Assembly (NCBI GenBank): GCA_045532275.1
Contig: JAZSFQ010000046.1
Span: forward strand, 56,138 to 120,137
Direction: 5' to 3'
Origin: Saccharofermentans sp.
GTDB lineage: Bacteria > Bacillota > Clostridia > Saccharofermentanales > Saccharofermentanaceae
Length of the DNA stretch: 64,000 nt
The notes under the pieces were generated by a model. That model was not told where the DNA came from and did not search any database. It was given only the letters and a program-made list of their open reading frames with translations. A program made the position numbers and the translations under genes. Of the stretch, positions 10,574 through 20,323 are shown one piece after another; within the stretch, counting starts at the first letter, position 1, and each line of letters opens with the position of its first letter.

Positions 10574-11854
10574 TCAGTGCACGAGATCTTCAAGCGGAAT
10601 ATCAAGATCGCAGTCATCTATATCAGGGGCGTGTGAAGGTATTTCGACATCGTCAAATTCAGTCGTTCTGCCGTAAAAATATTTCTGTACATAAGGTATA
10701 AAAGCGTTCCAGTTACATCTCATGCTCCACTCGTCGCCATAAGTTCCGCAGTTGTAGCAGCCTTCTATCGGAAGCTGCAGATACTGCATCTCAACATTCT
10801 TCATAGACGGGAGGAATTCGAAAGCGAGTTTCTCTATTTCGCTCTTATCTATATCGGTAACGATCGCTTCCAAGACATCATCCATCGCAGCAAGCTTTTC
10901 TGTTGCGGAAAGATCCATATACTGGTCGAAAAGGCTTCTGAGAACTTCTATCTGACGTTCCATTCTCTCGAATTCACCGTCACCGGAATATCTGTTTCTC
11001 GCATATCCGACAGCCTGTATACCGCTGAGCCATACATCATAACCGCAGGTATCGATCAGTTCGGCATTTGGATCCATACGTTCTATATAATCATTGGCAA
11101 TCGCCATCTCGTCATAGGTCATATTTACATACACGCCGCCGACGGCATCTATGATATCCGCCATATGATCAAAATTAACGTATGCATAACCGTCAATCTC
11201 GATCCTGAGACAATCTTCAACTGTTTCCTCAAGAAGATCAGGCCCTCCCCAAGTCATGGCAGCATTTATCTTGTGAAAATTCTCATATCCGGGGAAAAGA
11301 GCATACGAGTCACGAGGTATCGAAAGAAGCTTGATCGTCCCATTCTTTTTATCCACTGACATGACTACTATAACATCGGACCTGTCGCCAAGTCCGTCTT
11401 CACTGTAATAGTGTTCCCTGCTGTCGATCCCGATCAAGAGATAATTTCTTATCGGTTCTTCCTGGATAGGCTTGAACTTGGTAGTCTGTGTAACTTCGCT
11501 GAGAATTACGGTCTCGCCTTTTTCATTTATGATAGTAACAACAGCATCGGATGCTTTAGTCTCATAAGTAATCTTATTAAGCAGATATTCCTTGTACCAG
11601 TAACCGAAGACTACGACACCTACGATAATGCCTATCAGAGCCGCGAGAACACCAAAAAGAATTCCGATCCTCTTCTTTTTCGCTGACTTTTTGCCGCTTT
11701 TCATATTTTTCTCGCTGAAACCGTACTGGTTTTTGCCGTTGTTTTCCCTGCCTGTCCGGTCATTCTCCGCGTTCAGGTCGTTAAATTCAGAACTGCGGAA
11801 TATTGCTGTATCGGAATTGCGGAGAACTAATTTCTTATCGCTGCTGCTTTTCAT
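10574..11854 (-). CDS. LCP (LytR-CpsA-Psr) family cell-wall glycopolymer transferase
   Basis: Single TM, LLIGIDSR, RSDVIVV, LLSIPRDSY, KINAA, YARNR, RMERQ. Confidence 0.92.
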   Translation of the reverse strand: MKSSSDKKLVLRNSDTAIFRSSEFNDLNAENDRTGRENNGKNQYGFSEKNMKSGKKSAKKKRIGILFGVLAALIGIIVGVVVFGYWYKEYLLNKITYETKASDAVVTIINEKGETVILSEVTQTTKFKPIQEEPIRNYLLIGIDSREHYYSEDGLGDRSDVIVVMSVDKKNGTIKLLSIPRDSYALFPGYENFHKINAAMTWGGPDLLEETVEDCLRIEIDGYAYVNFDHMADIIDAVGGVYVNMTYDEMAIANDYIERMDPNAELIDTCGYDVWLSGIQAVGYARNRYSGDGEFERMERQIEVLRSLFDQYMDLSATEKLAAMDDVLEAIVTDIDKSEIEKLAFEFLPSMKNVEMQYLQLPIEGCYNCGTYGDEWSMRCNWNAFIPYVQKYFYGRTTEFDDVEIPSHAPDIDDCDLDIPLEDLVH

Positions 11855-11869
11855 ATGGTTCCGGACGAA

Positions 11870-12892
11870 TTAATCCTTTAATCCCTCCGGATTCATTGTC
11901 TGCCACTTCCAGCATGAAGAGCACATCTCGTCGATACCATATTCAGCCTTAAATCCGAGCAGTTCCTCTGCTTTCTTAGTTGATGCATAGCAAACAGCAA
12001 TATCACCGGGCCTTCTGGGACCGAAGACATGCTTGATTTCATGACCGCATGCTTTTTCAAAAGCACTGACAGCTTCCTTAACGGAAGTTCCTTTTCCCGT
12101 GCCGATATTGAAAACACTTACCGGGTCATCGGTCTTGCCAAGGTATTCAATAGCTTTTACATGACCTTTCGCCAGATCGACTACATGGATATAATCGCGG
12201 ATGCATGTTCCGTCAGGTGTATTATAGTCATCACCGAAGATAGTAAGACAATCCAGCGTTCCGCCCGCAACCTTTGAAATATAAGGGAAAAGATTATTGG
12301 GAATGCCTCTGGGGTCTTCTCCGATCAGGCCGCTCTCATGAGCGCCTACAGGATTAAAATATCTGAGCAGGCAGACCTTAACAGAAGGCTCAGCCTTGGC
12401 AAAATCCCTCAATATCTGCTCTAACATCCACTTAGTCCAGCCGTAAGGATTAGTGCACATTCCAAGAGGACTCTCTTCTGTGAAAGGAACATCTTCACTT
12501 TCGCCGTATACGGTGGCGGATGAACTGAAGACCAGCTTTCCCACGCCGAATTCTGCCATAAGCCTGCAGACGTTGATCATGCTGGTAATGTTATTGGAAT
12601 AGTATTCAAGAGGCATCCTGACAGATTCACCGACAGCCTTAAGGCCTGCGAAATGAATGATACTGTCGATATTATTCTCTTCAAATACTTTTTTTAATGA
12701 ATCAATATCGCAACAATCAACATTATAAAACTTGAATCTTTTACCGGTGATCTTCTCCAGACGGTTCTGGACTTCCATCTTACTGTTTGAAAGATTGTCT
12801 GCGATTACAACGTCATAATTATTTTCGAATAAAGAAATAACGGTATGTGAACCTATATAACCGTTACCTCCCGTAACCAATACTGTAGGCAT
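11870..12892 (-). CDS. galE: UDP-glucose 4-epimerase
   Basis: GGNGYIGSH, IHFAGLKAVGES, YGWTK, LRYFNPVGAH. ATG at 12892 follows a GGAG RBS. Confidence 0.96.
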   Translation of the reverse strand: MPTVLVTGGNGYIGSHTVISLFENNYDVVIADNLSNSKMEVQNRLEKITGKRFKFYNVDCCDIDSLKKVFEENNIDSIIHFAGLKAVGESVRMPLEYYSNNITSMINVCRLMAEFGVGKLVFSSSATVYGESEDVPFTEESPLGMCTNPYGWTKWMLEQILRDFAKAEPSVKVCLLRYFNPVGAHESGLIGEDPRGIPNNLFPYISKVAGGTLDCLTIFGDDYNTPDGTCIRDYIHVVDLAKGHVKAIEYLGKTDDPVSVFNIGTGKGTSVKEAVSAFEKACGHEIKHVFGPRRPGDIAVCYASTKKAEELLGFKAEYGIDEMCSSCWKWQTMNPEGLKD

Positions 12893-13046
12893 AAGCACTC
12901 CTTGAATCAGATTATCAGGCAAAATCATTTAACCACAAAACTAAATAAAATAAAACTAATTCCTCATATTTGCACCATTTTAAAATAACTATAAAAATCT
13001 TTTCATATAAAATAAATGTGTTAATTCAAACTAATCGGAGACAAAA

Positions 13047-13784
13047 ATGAACAAACTGATCTACATTGCAGATGATGATGACAATATTAGAAATCTTCTT
13101 AAGACGTTCCTGGAACGTGAAGGTTTTCATGTAACCGGTTTCCCTAACGGGGATAAATTGTTCGAGACATTCTCGAATTCGCCGTCTGATCTTATAATCC
13201 TTGATGTTATGATGCCCGGACACGACGGCTTCTTTATCCTGAAAGAGATAAGAAAGACCTCTAATGTCCCTATCATAATGCTTACGGCTAAAGACAGTGA
13301 TGCCGATTATATCCAGGGTCTTGATATGGGCAGCGACGATTATTTTACAAAGCCCTTCTCCCCTGTAAAACTTGTTTCGAAAGTAAAGTCTATTCTTAAG
13401 AGACAGGAAGAGATCACCGGAAAGACCGGCGATAAGCCTGATAATGACACCGTCTATGAGTTCGCGGATATCGTGATCAACAGAAAAACCAAGGAAACCA
13501 CCATGCAGGGCAAACCCCTGCCCCTTACGCCAAATGAGTACCAGCTCCTGACATATCTTATCTCCAACAGGGATAGAGCCGTATCAAGAGCTGAGCTTCT
13601 GGATAAGATCTGGGGTTATGAGACTCAAGTCGAGACCAGGGTCGCTGATGACACCGTCAAAAGATTAAGGAAGAAAATCAGTAAATCAAATGCTAAAATA
13701 TCTACTATCTGGGGTTACGGCTTCAGACTTGTGGACAGGGCAAATGAAGAATCTGATGATGACGACGGAGACATTCAGGACTGA
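13047..13784 (+). CDS. OmpR/PhoB-family response regulator
   Basis: Receiver domain (ADDD, LIILDVMMP, TAK, KPFS) plus winged-helix domain (LTPNEYQLL, IWGYGFRL). Confidence 0.95.
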   Translation: MNKLIYIADDDDNIRNLLKTFLEREGFHVTGFPNGDKLFETFSNSPSDLIILDVMMPGHDGFFILKEIRKTSNVPIIMLTAKDSDADYIQGLDMGSDDYFTKPFSPVKLVSKVKSILKRQEEITGKTGDKPDNDTVYEFADIVINRKTKETTMQGKPLPLTPNEYQLLTYLISNRDRAVSRAELLDKIWGYETQVETRVADDTVKRLRKKISKSNAKISTIWGYGFRLVDRANEESDDDDGDIQD

Positions 13785-15430
13785 TGAGTGACAAACCGGA
13801 TCAGGCACGGTTAAAAACAAAAAAGCCTTCAATGAACAAATCGGCAATCAGGATACCTATCTCACTGCATTTCTATGCGGTTGAGATCGTGGTAATCATC
13901 CTGGTTGTCTTTATTATCAATTTCTATATCCAGTCGATCGTAAAGAATTACATTGCCAACGAGTGTAATTCCCGTCTCGATATAGCTGTAAACTCCACAC
14001 AGAACTTCGCAGATGCTTTTACTTCTCAGGTCAAGGATTCTGATGAGATCAACGAGGAGAACATCAGGGCTTACCTGACAAATACGATCGTTACTTCAGC
14101 CGACCTCTCCAATCAGGCGAGCATCGCTCTTTATACTTTTAATGAGAACACCGGAAACTATATCGTCCTCTGGCCTACGTACTATTATTCAGCTTCTTAT
14201 ACCAACAGCGCAAACAAAGTAATAAGTGAGGTCATAGATCAGGAAGGCTACAGATTACTTAACAAGACACAGACCGTTGATATCGACGGCAACATCATCT
14301 ATTACAGAACACTTAAATTCGAGCTCGTCACAACCGTTGTCGATGAGACTGACGGCGCAAACCAGAACACCGAAACCGCGGGAAAGAACCCTAACAGCGA
14401 GAAAAACATAGACCTCGGAAATTATTATCTCTGTATTTATATCAACTCAAGGTCTTATTATTCTTTCATGGCATCAATGACACTTGCCCTTGTCCAGGCA
14501 GCCCTCCTTGCCATCGTTATCGCAGGCGTCCTGAGTATCATGATGACATATCCTCTCATCTTCTCTACCCAGAAGCTTTCCAAGTTTGCGAAAAGGATCG
14601 CAAAAGGAGACCTTAATCCCGTCAGCGGTCATATAGTAAGTAAAGAGCTTTCGGAATTGGGTGATGTCATGAACCATATGGCCTATAAGCTAGAAGAGTC
14701 TGATATCGAACAGAAGACATTCTTCCAGAACGCTTCCCACGAACTCAGGACTCCCCTTATGTCTATCCAGGGCTACGCAGAAGGCCTTAAATACGGCGTT
14801 TTTGAGACAGACGAAGACAGGGAAAACGCTATAGATGTTATTATCGATGAGACAGGCAGGCTTTCGGGACTTGTCGAGAACCTCCTCTCTATTTCCAAGA
14901 TGGATATGAGCCGCAGCGGCAATTACACCGTCAAGAAACAGAATATCGATGTCAGAAGGATCTGCGATACCATCATCGACCGCGTCAGGGGCAATTTCAT
15001 TCACGAAGACAAAGCTATCATCAACGATATAAAGATCAAGAATTTATATATCTACGGAAACGAGAACGACCTGATCAGGTGCCTCGAGAACATCTTCTCG
15101 AACTGCTTAAGATACTGCAAAACTGCTGTTACTTTCAAATGCAGGAAAGGTGATTCAGGTGAGAATGTCATTTTCGAGATATCGGATGACGGTCCCGGTA
15201 TTGCTCCGGAAGTTCAGGAACACTTATTCGAACGATTCTCCAAAGGCTCCGACGGTAAGCACGGAATCGGTCTCGCGCTCGCAAAAGCAATCGCCGAAGA
15301 GCATGACGGCTCAGTCAAAGCATATAACAAAAATGAAGGCGGAGCATGTTTCGAGATCTCTATCCCTGTTTTGCGCCAGAAAGACCAGCTTACTAAGATC
15401 AACAACGACAGTACGGACCTGAATCTGTAA
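13784..15430 (+). CDS. Sensor histidine kinase (2 TM, HAMP, HisKA, HATPase)
   Basis: H-box ASHELRTPL, N-box NIFSN, DDGPGI, GIGL; overlaps the regulator stop by 1 nt. Confidence 0.95.
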   Translation: MSDKPDQARLKTKKPSMNKSAIRIPISLHFYAVEIVVIILVVFIINFYIQSIVKNYIANECNSRLDIAVNSTQNFADAFTSQVKDSDEINEENIRAYLTNTIVTSADLSNQASIALYTFNENTGNYIVLWPTYYYSASYTNSANKVISEVIDQEGYRLLNKTQTVDIDGNIIYYRTLKFELVTTVVDETDGANQNTETAGKNPNSEKNIDLGNYYLCIYINSRSYYSFMASMTLALVQAALLAIVIAGVLSIMMTYPLIFSTQKLSKFAKRIAKGDLNPVSGHIVSKELSELGDVMNHMAYKLEESDIEQKTFFQNASHELRTPLMSIQGYAEGLKYGVFETDEDRENAIDVIIDETGRLSGLVENLLSISKMDMSRSGNYTVKKQNIDVRRICDTIIDRVRGNFIHEDKAIINDIKIKNLYIYGNENDLIRCLENIFSNCLRYCKTAVTFKCRKGDSGENVIFEISDDGPGIAPEVQEHLFERFSKGSDGKHGIGLALAKAIAEEHDGSVKAYNKNEGGACFEISIPVLRQKDQLTKINNDSTDLNL

Positions 15431-15447
15431 GTCAGCTGATATTATCT

Positions 15448-16473
15448 TCAGAACACAAGATATTTGACTGCGTTAAAGAATAACGGTTTTCCGTCAAATC
15501 TGGCTGCCGTATCCTGCTCGAATTTAGCCTTAGCCGAAGTGTACTTCAGATATGTATTATGGTAAGACAGGAGCGAATTAACGGCATTATTGATAGTTAC
15601 ACATCTGCCGGAAACGATCATTGACTGGATCTTAAACAGTATCCTCGGATCGGTAAATTCCGGCGGCAGCACGCAATTGCTGAAACCGTTATAAAGCAGG
15701 TTTAGTTCATTTGAAAGCTCACCAAGCTTAACATACAGTTCTTCCGTCTTCTTTCTGCAATGTCTTTTCTTCAATATGAAAAATACGATCAGGCCGGCGC
15801 CGATAAGTATAGTAACTCCTGACACAACAGCCAATTTGATAATGTTTTCCTTTGAATAAGCCGTAAAAGCAGAATAAGCCGGGAACAAACCGAAAACGCA
15901 CACGATAATACCCCATACTAATGGTGCAATACTGTATCTGGAGTATTTAACTATACCCGTTTTGCATTTCTCATAATCCTGATAGAGATCGACCTTAGGT
16001 GAAAAATGATTGATCATCCTGACGCACTCGTTGAGGTTCTTCTCTCTTTCAGCAGCATAATCAGCGTTCTGGTAAGGCATAGGCTGCTGAGCAGGATAAC
16101 CGAAACCCTGCATGCCGGGCTGGGGATAATAAGGCTGCTGGTAAGCCTGCTGATAAACCGGTTGCTGATAGACTGGCTGAGACTGCTGAGCCGGCTGGCC
16201 ATACATCTGCGGGGGTTGAGGCTGTACCTGTGGTTGTGTCTGGACAGGCTGTGCAGGCATTTGAACAGGCTGATATGGTTGCTGCACTGGCTGTTGTACC
16301 GGCGCGGCAGGCTGCTGTACAGGCTGAGGTACCGGTTGTACCGGCTGAACAGGCTGCTGAAAAACAGGCTGAACTTGCGGTTGAGCCTGAGTTTCTAATT
16401 GATGCGGCTGAATATCAGGTGTCGCAGGATCGCTCGAACCGGTCAGCTGCCAATTATCATTAAAATCACTCAT
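15448..16473 (-). CDS. Hypothetical membrane protein with a Gln/Pro-rich N-terminal low-complexity region
   Basis: About 110 aa of QPVQ-type repeats, then two TM helices and a globular C-terminus; GGGAG RBS upstream. Confidence 0.75.
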   Translation of the reverse strand: MSDFNDNWQLTGSSDPATPDIQPHQLETQAQPQVQPVFQQPVQPVQPVPQPVQQPAAPVQQPVQQPYQPVQMPAQPVQTQPQVQPQPPQMYGQPAQQSQPVYQQPVYQQAYQQPYYPQPGMQGFGYPAQQPMPYQNADYAAEREKNLNECVRMINHFSPKVDLYQDYEKCKTGIVKYSRYSIAPLVWGIIVCVFGLFPAYSAFTAYSKENIIKLAVVSGVTILIGAGLIVFFILKKRHCRKKTEELYVKLGELSNELNLLYNGFSNCVLPPEFTDPRILFKIQSMIVSGRCVTINNAVNSLLSYHNTYLKYTSAKAKFEQDTAARFDGKPLFFNAVKYLVF

Positions 16474-16578
16474 CTATCTTCTCCCTATCCTTTTCACTAA
16501 AAATTATTTTAGTACATTTTCCGTGATTATCAAATTGTCTAATTGTAATTTCCATACGAAATGAATACTGTCTGACAG

Positions 16579-16615
16579 GATTCGCGGGTACCCCCCGCAA
16601 GCTTACCCGCAAATC
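16579..16615. repeat. GC-rich inverted repeat (REP-like)
   Basis: GATTCGCGGGTA (16579-16590) and TACCCGCAAATC (16604-16615) pair with one mismatch; an extra CCCGC lies inside the loop. Confidence 0.6.
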
Positions 16616-16620
16616 TTACC

Positions 16621-16654
16621 AATAAACAAGGGCTGCCCTTTTGAGACAACCCTT
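16621..16654 (-). terminator. Intrinsic terminator downstream of the TrpB-like gene
   Basis: Minus strand reads AAGGGTTGTCT-CAAAA-GGGCAGCCCTT followed by GTTTATT. Confidence 0.7.
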
Positions 16655-16681
16655 GCGAATAAATCAGTTTAAGTTCAGATA

Positions 16682-18046
16682 TCAGATCTTAGGGCACTTA
16701 GCCAGAGAAGCAGAAATATCATCATCTGTAGGAATGTAATCATCCATGACGCCGTCGTTGTACTTCTGATAAGCAACGAGGTCGAAGTAACCTGTGCCTG
16801 TAAGACCAAATACGATATTCTTGGCCTCACCGGTCTCCTTGCACTTAAGAGCCTCATCGATTGCAACCTTGATAGCGTGTGAGCTCTCAGGTGCGGGCAG
16901 GATTCCTTCGACTCTGGCAAACTGCTCAGCTGCTGCGAATACGTCTGTCTGCTTAACAGATGTAGCCTTCAAATAGCCGTCATTATAGAGCTGTGAAAGG
17001 ATAGTGCTCATTCCGTGATATCTGAGCCCGCCGGCATGGTTAGGAGCCGGCATAAAGTCGCTGCCAAGTGTGTACATCTTTGCAAGAGGGCAAACTCTTC
17101 CTGTATCGCAGAAGTCGTAAACGAACGAACCTCTTGTGAAAGAAGGACATGAAGCAGGCTCAACTGCGATGATCTCGTACTGGTTTTCGCCTCTGAGCAT
17201 CTCGCCAACGAAGGGTGAGATAAGGCCGCCCAGGTTGGATCCGCCGCCTGCGCAGCCGATGATCATATCAGCCTTAACACCTACTTTATCAAGAGCAGCC
17301 TTTGTCTCAAGACCGATAACTGACTGATGGAGCAGTACCTGGTTCAGAACTGAACCTAAAACATATCTGTAGCCTTCCTGAGTTGTAGCAGCTTCGACTG
17401 CCTCGGAGATAGCGCATCCGAGTGATCCGTCGGTTCCGGGGAACTCCTCGTTGATCTTGCGGCCGATATTAGTCGTCATTGAAGGAGAAGGAGTTACCTT
17501 TGCGCCGTATGTTCTCATGACCTCTCTTCTGAAAGGCTTCTGCTCGTAGGAGACCTTAACCATGTAAACCTGGCAGTCAAGTCCGAAGTAAGCTGTAGCC
17601 ATTGAAAGAGCCGTACCCCACTGGCCTGCGCCTGTCTCTGTGGTAACGCCCTTGAGGCCCTGCTTCTTAGCATAATAAGCCTGAGCGATAGCTGAATTGA
17701 GCTTATGAGAACCGGAAGTATTGTTACCTTCGAATTTGTAGTAGATATGAGCGGGTGTACCAAGAGCTTTCTCGAGGCAATAAGCTCTTACGAGCGGAGA
17801 AGGTCTGTACATCTTATAGAAATCAAGGACTTCACCCGGGATATCGATCCACTGGTCGTCATTGTTCATTTCCTGCTTTGAAAGCTCTTCGCAGAATATA
17901 GGATAAAGGTCCTCAGCCTTAAGAGGTTCGCCTGTTCCGGGATTGAGGAGCGGAGCGGGCTTTGTCTTCATATCGGCACGGACGTTATACCATGCGCTGG
18001 GGATCTCGTTCTCTGATAAATAGATCTTGTAAGGAATCTCGGACAT
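16682..18046 (-). CDS. TrpB-like PLP-dependent enzyme (stand-alone TrpB2 type)
   Basis: PLP-lysine motif GSHKLNSA, TETGAGQWG, APESSHAI; long N-terminal extension typical of TrpB2; no trpA nearby. Confidence 0.92.
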   Translation of the reverse strand: MSEIPYKIYLSENEIPSAWYNVRADMKTKPAPLLNPGTGEPLKAEDLYPIFCEELSKQEMNNDDQWIDIPGEVLDFYKMYRPSPLVRAYCLEKALGTPAHIYYKFEGNNTSGSHKLNSAIAQAYYAKKQGLKGVTTETGAGQWGTALSMATAYFGLDCQVYMVKVSYEQKPFRREVMRTYGAKVTPSPSMTTNIGRKINEEFPGTDGSLGCAISEAVEAATTQEGYRYVLGSVLNQVLLHQSVIGLETKAALDKVGVKADMIIGCAGGGSNLGGLISPFVGEMLRGENQYEIIAVEPASCPSFTRGSFVYDFCDTGRVCPLAKMYTLGSDFMPAPNHAGGLRYHGMSTILSQLYNDGYLKATSVKQTDVFAAAEQFARVEGILPAPESSHAIKVAIDEALKCKETGEAKNIVFGLTGTGYFDLVAYQKYNDGVMDDYIPTDDDISASLAKCPKI

Positions 18047-18126
18047 AAATTGTCTCCCTTCGAAAATAAACTAATTAATTCTACAACAAATATTTGATTT
18101 TTGCATAAAAACACAAGAATGTAACA

Positions 18127-19143
18127 TCAGAAGTTTTTCTTTGTGTTTTCGAGCGTTTCAATGACTTTATCGCACCATTTATCGAATTCAGGGTCTTCTT
18201 TCATGCACTCTTTATGGTTGAGGATATATTCCAAGGCGATCCTGACGCCTTTATGCAGCGGGACGTTAGTCTTAAGGTCCGGTGCAAGCCTCTTGATCTT
18301 GGAATTGTCGAAAACAACCGATACTGCTTTATCACCTGTAAGGCTGCCCTCAAAATCGTACTGTGGTCCCAGTGCCGTAAGCATCTCTGAAGAAACGTGA
18401 TATGCATTAAGTTCAACGCCCAAAGCATCCGCTATTGTCTGATATATCTGGTTCCACGTAAGGACCTCATCGCCTGTTATCTGGAAAGCCTCGCCTATTG
18501 CATGGCGGTTACCCATAATCGCTGTATATCCGACGGCAAAATCCTCATTAAAGGTAAGATGCCAGAGTGACTCTCCGTCACCGTGAATGATAACCGGTCT
18601 TCCCTCAATCATTCTCTTTATTACCTGCCATGAACCGTTCTTTCCGTGTACACCAAGAGGAATGCTTCTCTCATCATATGTATGGCTTGGTCTTACGATG
18701 GTTACCGGGAACCCGTCTTTCCTGTATCTTTCCATCAGATAGTTCTCGCAGGCGATCTTGTTTCTGGAATATTCCCAATAAGGATTTGCGAGCGAGGTGC
18801 CTTCAGTGATCACATAACTCGCGGAAGGTTTATTATAAGCTGACGCAGAACTGATATAGATGTATTGCTTTGTCTTATCCTTAAACAGCCTGAAATCACG
18901 CTCGACCTGATCAACAGTAAAACCGATGAACTCACAAACACAGTCGAACTTCATGGTGCCGACTGCTTTAAGAACTGCTTCTTCATCATTAATGTCGCAG
19001 ACGATCTGATGAACATTAGCGGGAACCGTATCTGCCCTGTTACCGCGGTTAAGGAGCCATACTTCCCAGGATGTGTCCCGTGATAATCTCCTGACGATCG
19101 CGCTGCTTATTGTGCCTGTTCCGCCGATGAATAATGCCCGCAT
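18127..19143 (-). CDS. NAD-dependent epimerase/dehydratase (atypical SDR)
   Basis: LFIGGTGTISS Rossmann motif, YSRNK (YxxxK), TIVRPSHTY. Confidence 0.85.
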   Translation of the reverse strand: MRALFIGGTGTISSAIVRRLSRDTSWEVWLLNRGNRADTVPANVHQIVCDINDEEAVLKAVGTMKFDCVCEFIGFTVDQVERDFRLFKDKTKQYIYISSASAYNKPSASYVITEGTSLANPYWEYSRNKIACENYLMERYRKDGFPVTIVRPSHTYDERSIPLGVHGKNGSWQVIKRMIEGRPVIIHGDGESLWHLTFNEDFAVGYTAIMGNRHAIGEAFQITGDEVLTWNQIYQTIADALGVELNAYHVSSEMLTALGPQYDFEGSLTGDKAVSVVFDNSKIKRLAPDLKTNVPLHKGVRIALEYILNHKECMKEDPEFDKWCDKVIETLENTKKNF

Positions 19144-19284
19144 ATTGTTCCTCCTTAGTGGTTCGTTATAATACGGATTTTAACAAACTAAAGAATGCGA
19201 CAATATCAAATACTGATATGTATTTACACATTTTCTTTTATATTGTGATAAACTTCTGTCGAAATAAATATATAAAGGCGCTTT

Positions 19285-20322
19285 ATGAAGACTTCTGATT
19301 TCTATTATGATCTGCCCGAGAGGCTTATTGCACAGACTCCTACAAAGGACCGTCTGGCATCTCGTCTTTTGGTGCTCGATAAAAAGACCGGAAAAGTCAT
19401 CGACGGACATTTCCCGGACATCAGGAATTATCTTCATAAAGGCGACGTTCTCGTTATCAACAATACTAGGGTCATTCCTGCCAGGCTCCTGGGCGTCCGT
19501 TCGGATACGCAAAGCCCTGTAGAACTTCTACTGCTGAAAAGAATCGACGATGATCATTGGGAGACTCTTGCGCGCCCGGGCAAGAAAGTCCGTGAAGGGA
19601 AACGCATGACATTCATTCCCGGTGAGCTCGAAGCCGAATGCGAGCAGGTTCTCGAGAGCGGCAACAGGATAATCCGTTTCGAATTCAAAGGTGTGTGGGA
19701 AGAAGTCCTCGATAAAGCAGGAACTATTCCTCTTCCGCCCTATATTCACGAAAAGCTTGACGATCCGGAGCGTTATCAGACTGTTTATTCCAAAGATCCC
19801 GGTTCTGCTGCCGCTCCTACCGCCGGACTTCATTTTACAAAAGAGTTCCTGAACGAGCTTAAAGATGAAGGCATTGAAGTAGCAGAACTCACACTTCATG
19901 TCGGATTAGGTACATTCAGACCCGTTAAGGCTGAGACTATCGAAGATCATGAGATGCATTCGGAATGGTATGACTTCCCTGCTGAAGCTTCTGCGATCAT
20001 AAGAAAAGCAAGAGCCGATGGAAGACGCATTATATCTGTCGGAACGACTTCCACCAGGACGCTCGAAGCTGTAGCTTCAAAAGATCCTGAAATGATGCCG
20101 ACTTCCGGCTATACAAATATCTTTATCTATCCCGGATATGAATTTAAGTGTGTCAATTCACTTATAACCAACTTCCATCTTCCTGAATCAACTCTGATAA
20201 TGCTTGTATCTGCACTCGCAGGAAGAGAAAATGTACTCAACGCGTATAAACATGCTGTCGAGGAAGAATACAGGTTCTTCTCCTTCGGCGACGCTATGTT
20301 CATAACAGATTTGGAGAACTGA
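19285..20322 (+). CDS. queA: S-adenosylmethionine:tRNA ribosyltransferase-isomerase
   Basis: [44 protein letters not shown]. Confidence 0.98.
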   Translation: MKTSDFYYDLPERLIAQTPTKDRLASRLLVLDKKTGKVIDGHFPDIRNYLHKGDVLVINNTRVIPARLLGVRSDTQSPVELLLLKRIDDDHWETLARPGKKVREGKRMTFIPGELEAECEQVLESGNRIIRFEFKGVWEEVLDKAGTIPLPPYIHEKLDDPERYQTVYSKDPGSAAAPTAGLHFTKEFLNELKDEGIEVAELTLHVGLGTFRPVKAETIEDHEMHSEWYDFPAEASAIIRKARADGRRIISVGTTSTRTLEAVASKDPEMMPTSGYTNIFIYPGYEFKCVNSLITNFHLPESTLIMLVSALAGRENVLNAYKHAVEEEYRFFSFGDAMFITDLEN

Positions 20323-20323
20323 T

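Noticed and set aside
12929-13046. AAACTAA repeats as a response-regulator operator
   Set aside because: Irregular spacing in very AT-rich DNA; indistinguishable from chance.
19157-19193. preQ1-I riboswitch-like sequence (GTGGTTCG...AACAAACTA) upstream of queA-tgt
   Set aside because: The CCAC needed to close P1 is absent (CGGAT instead). The segment overlaps the RBS/promoter region of the divergent SDR gene and contains a TATAAT.
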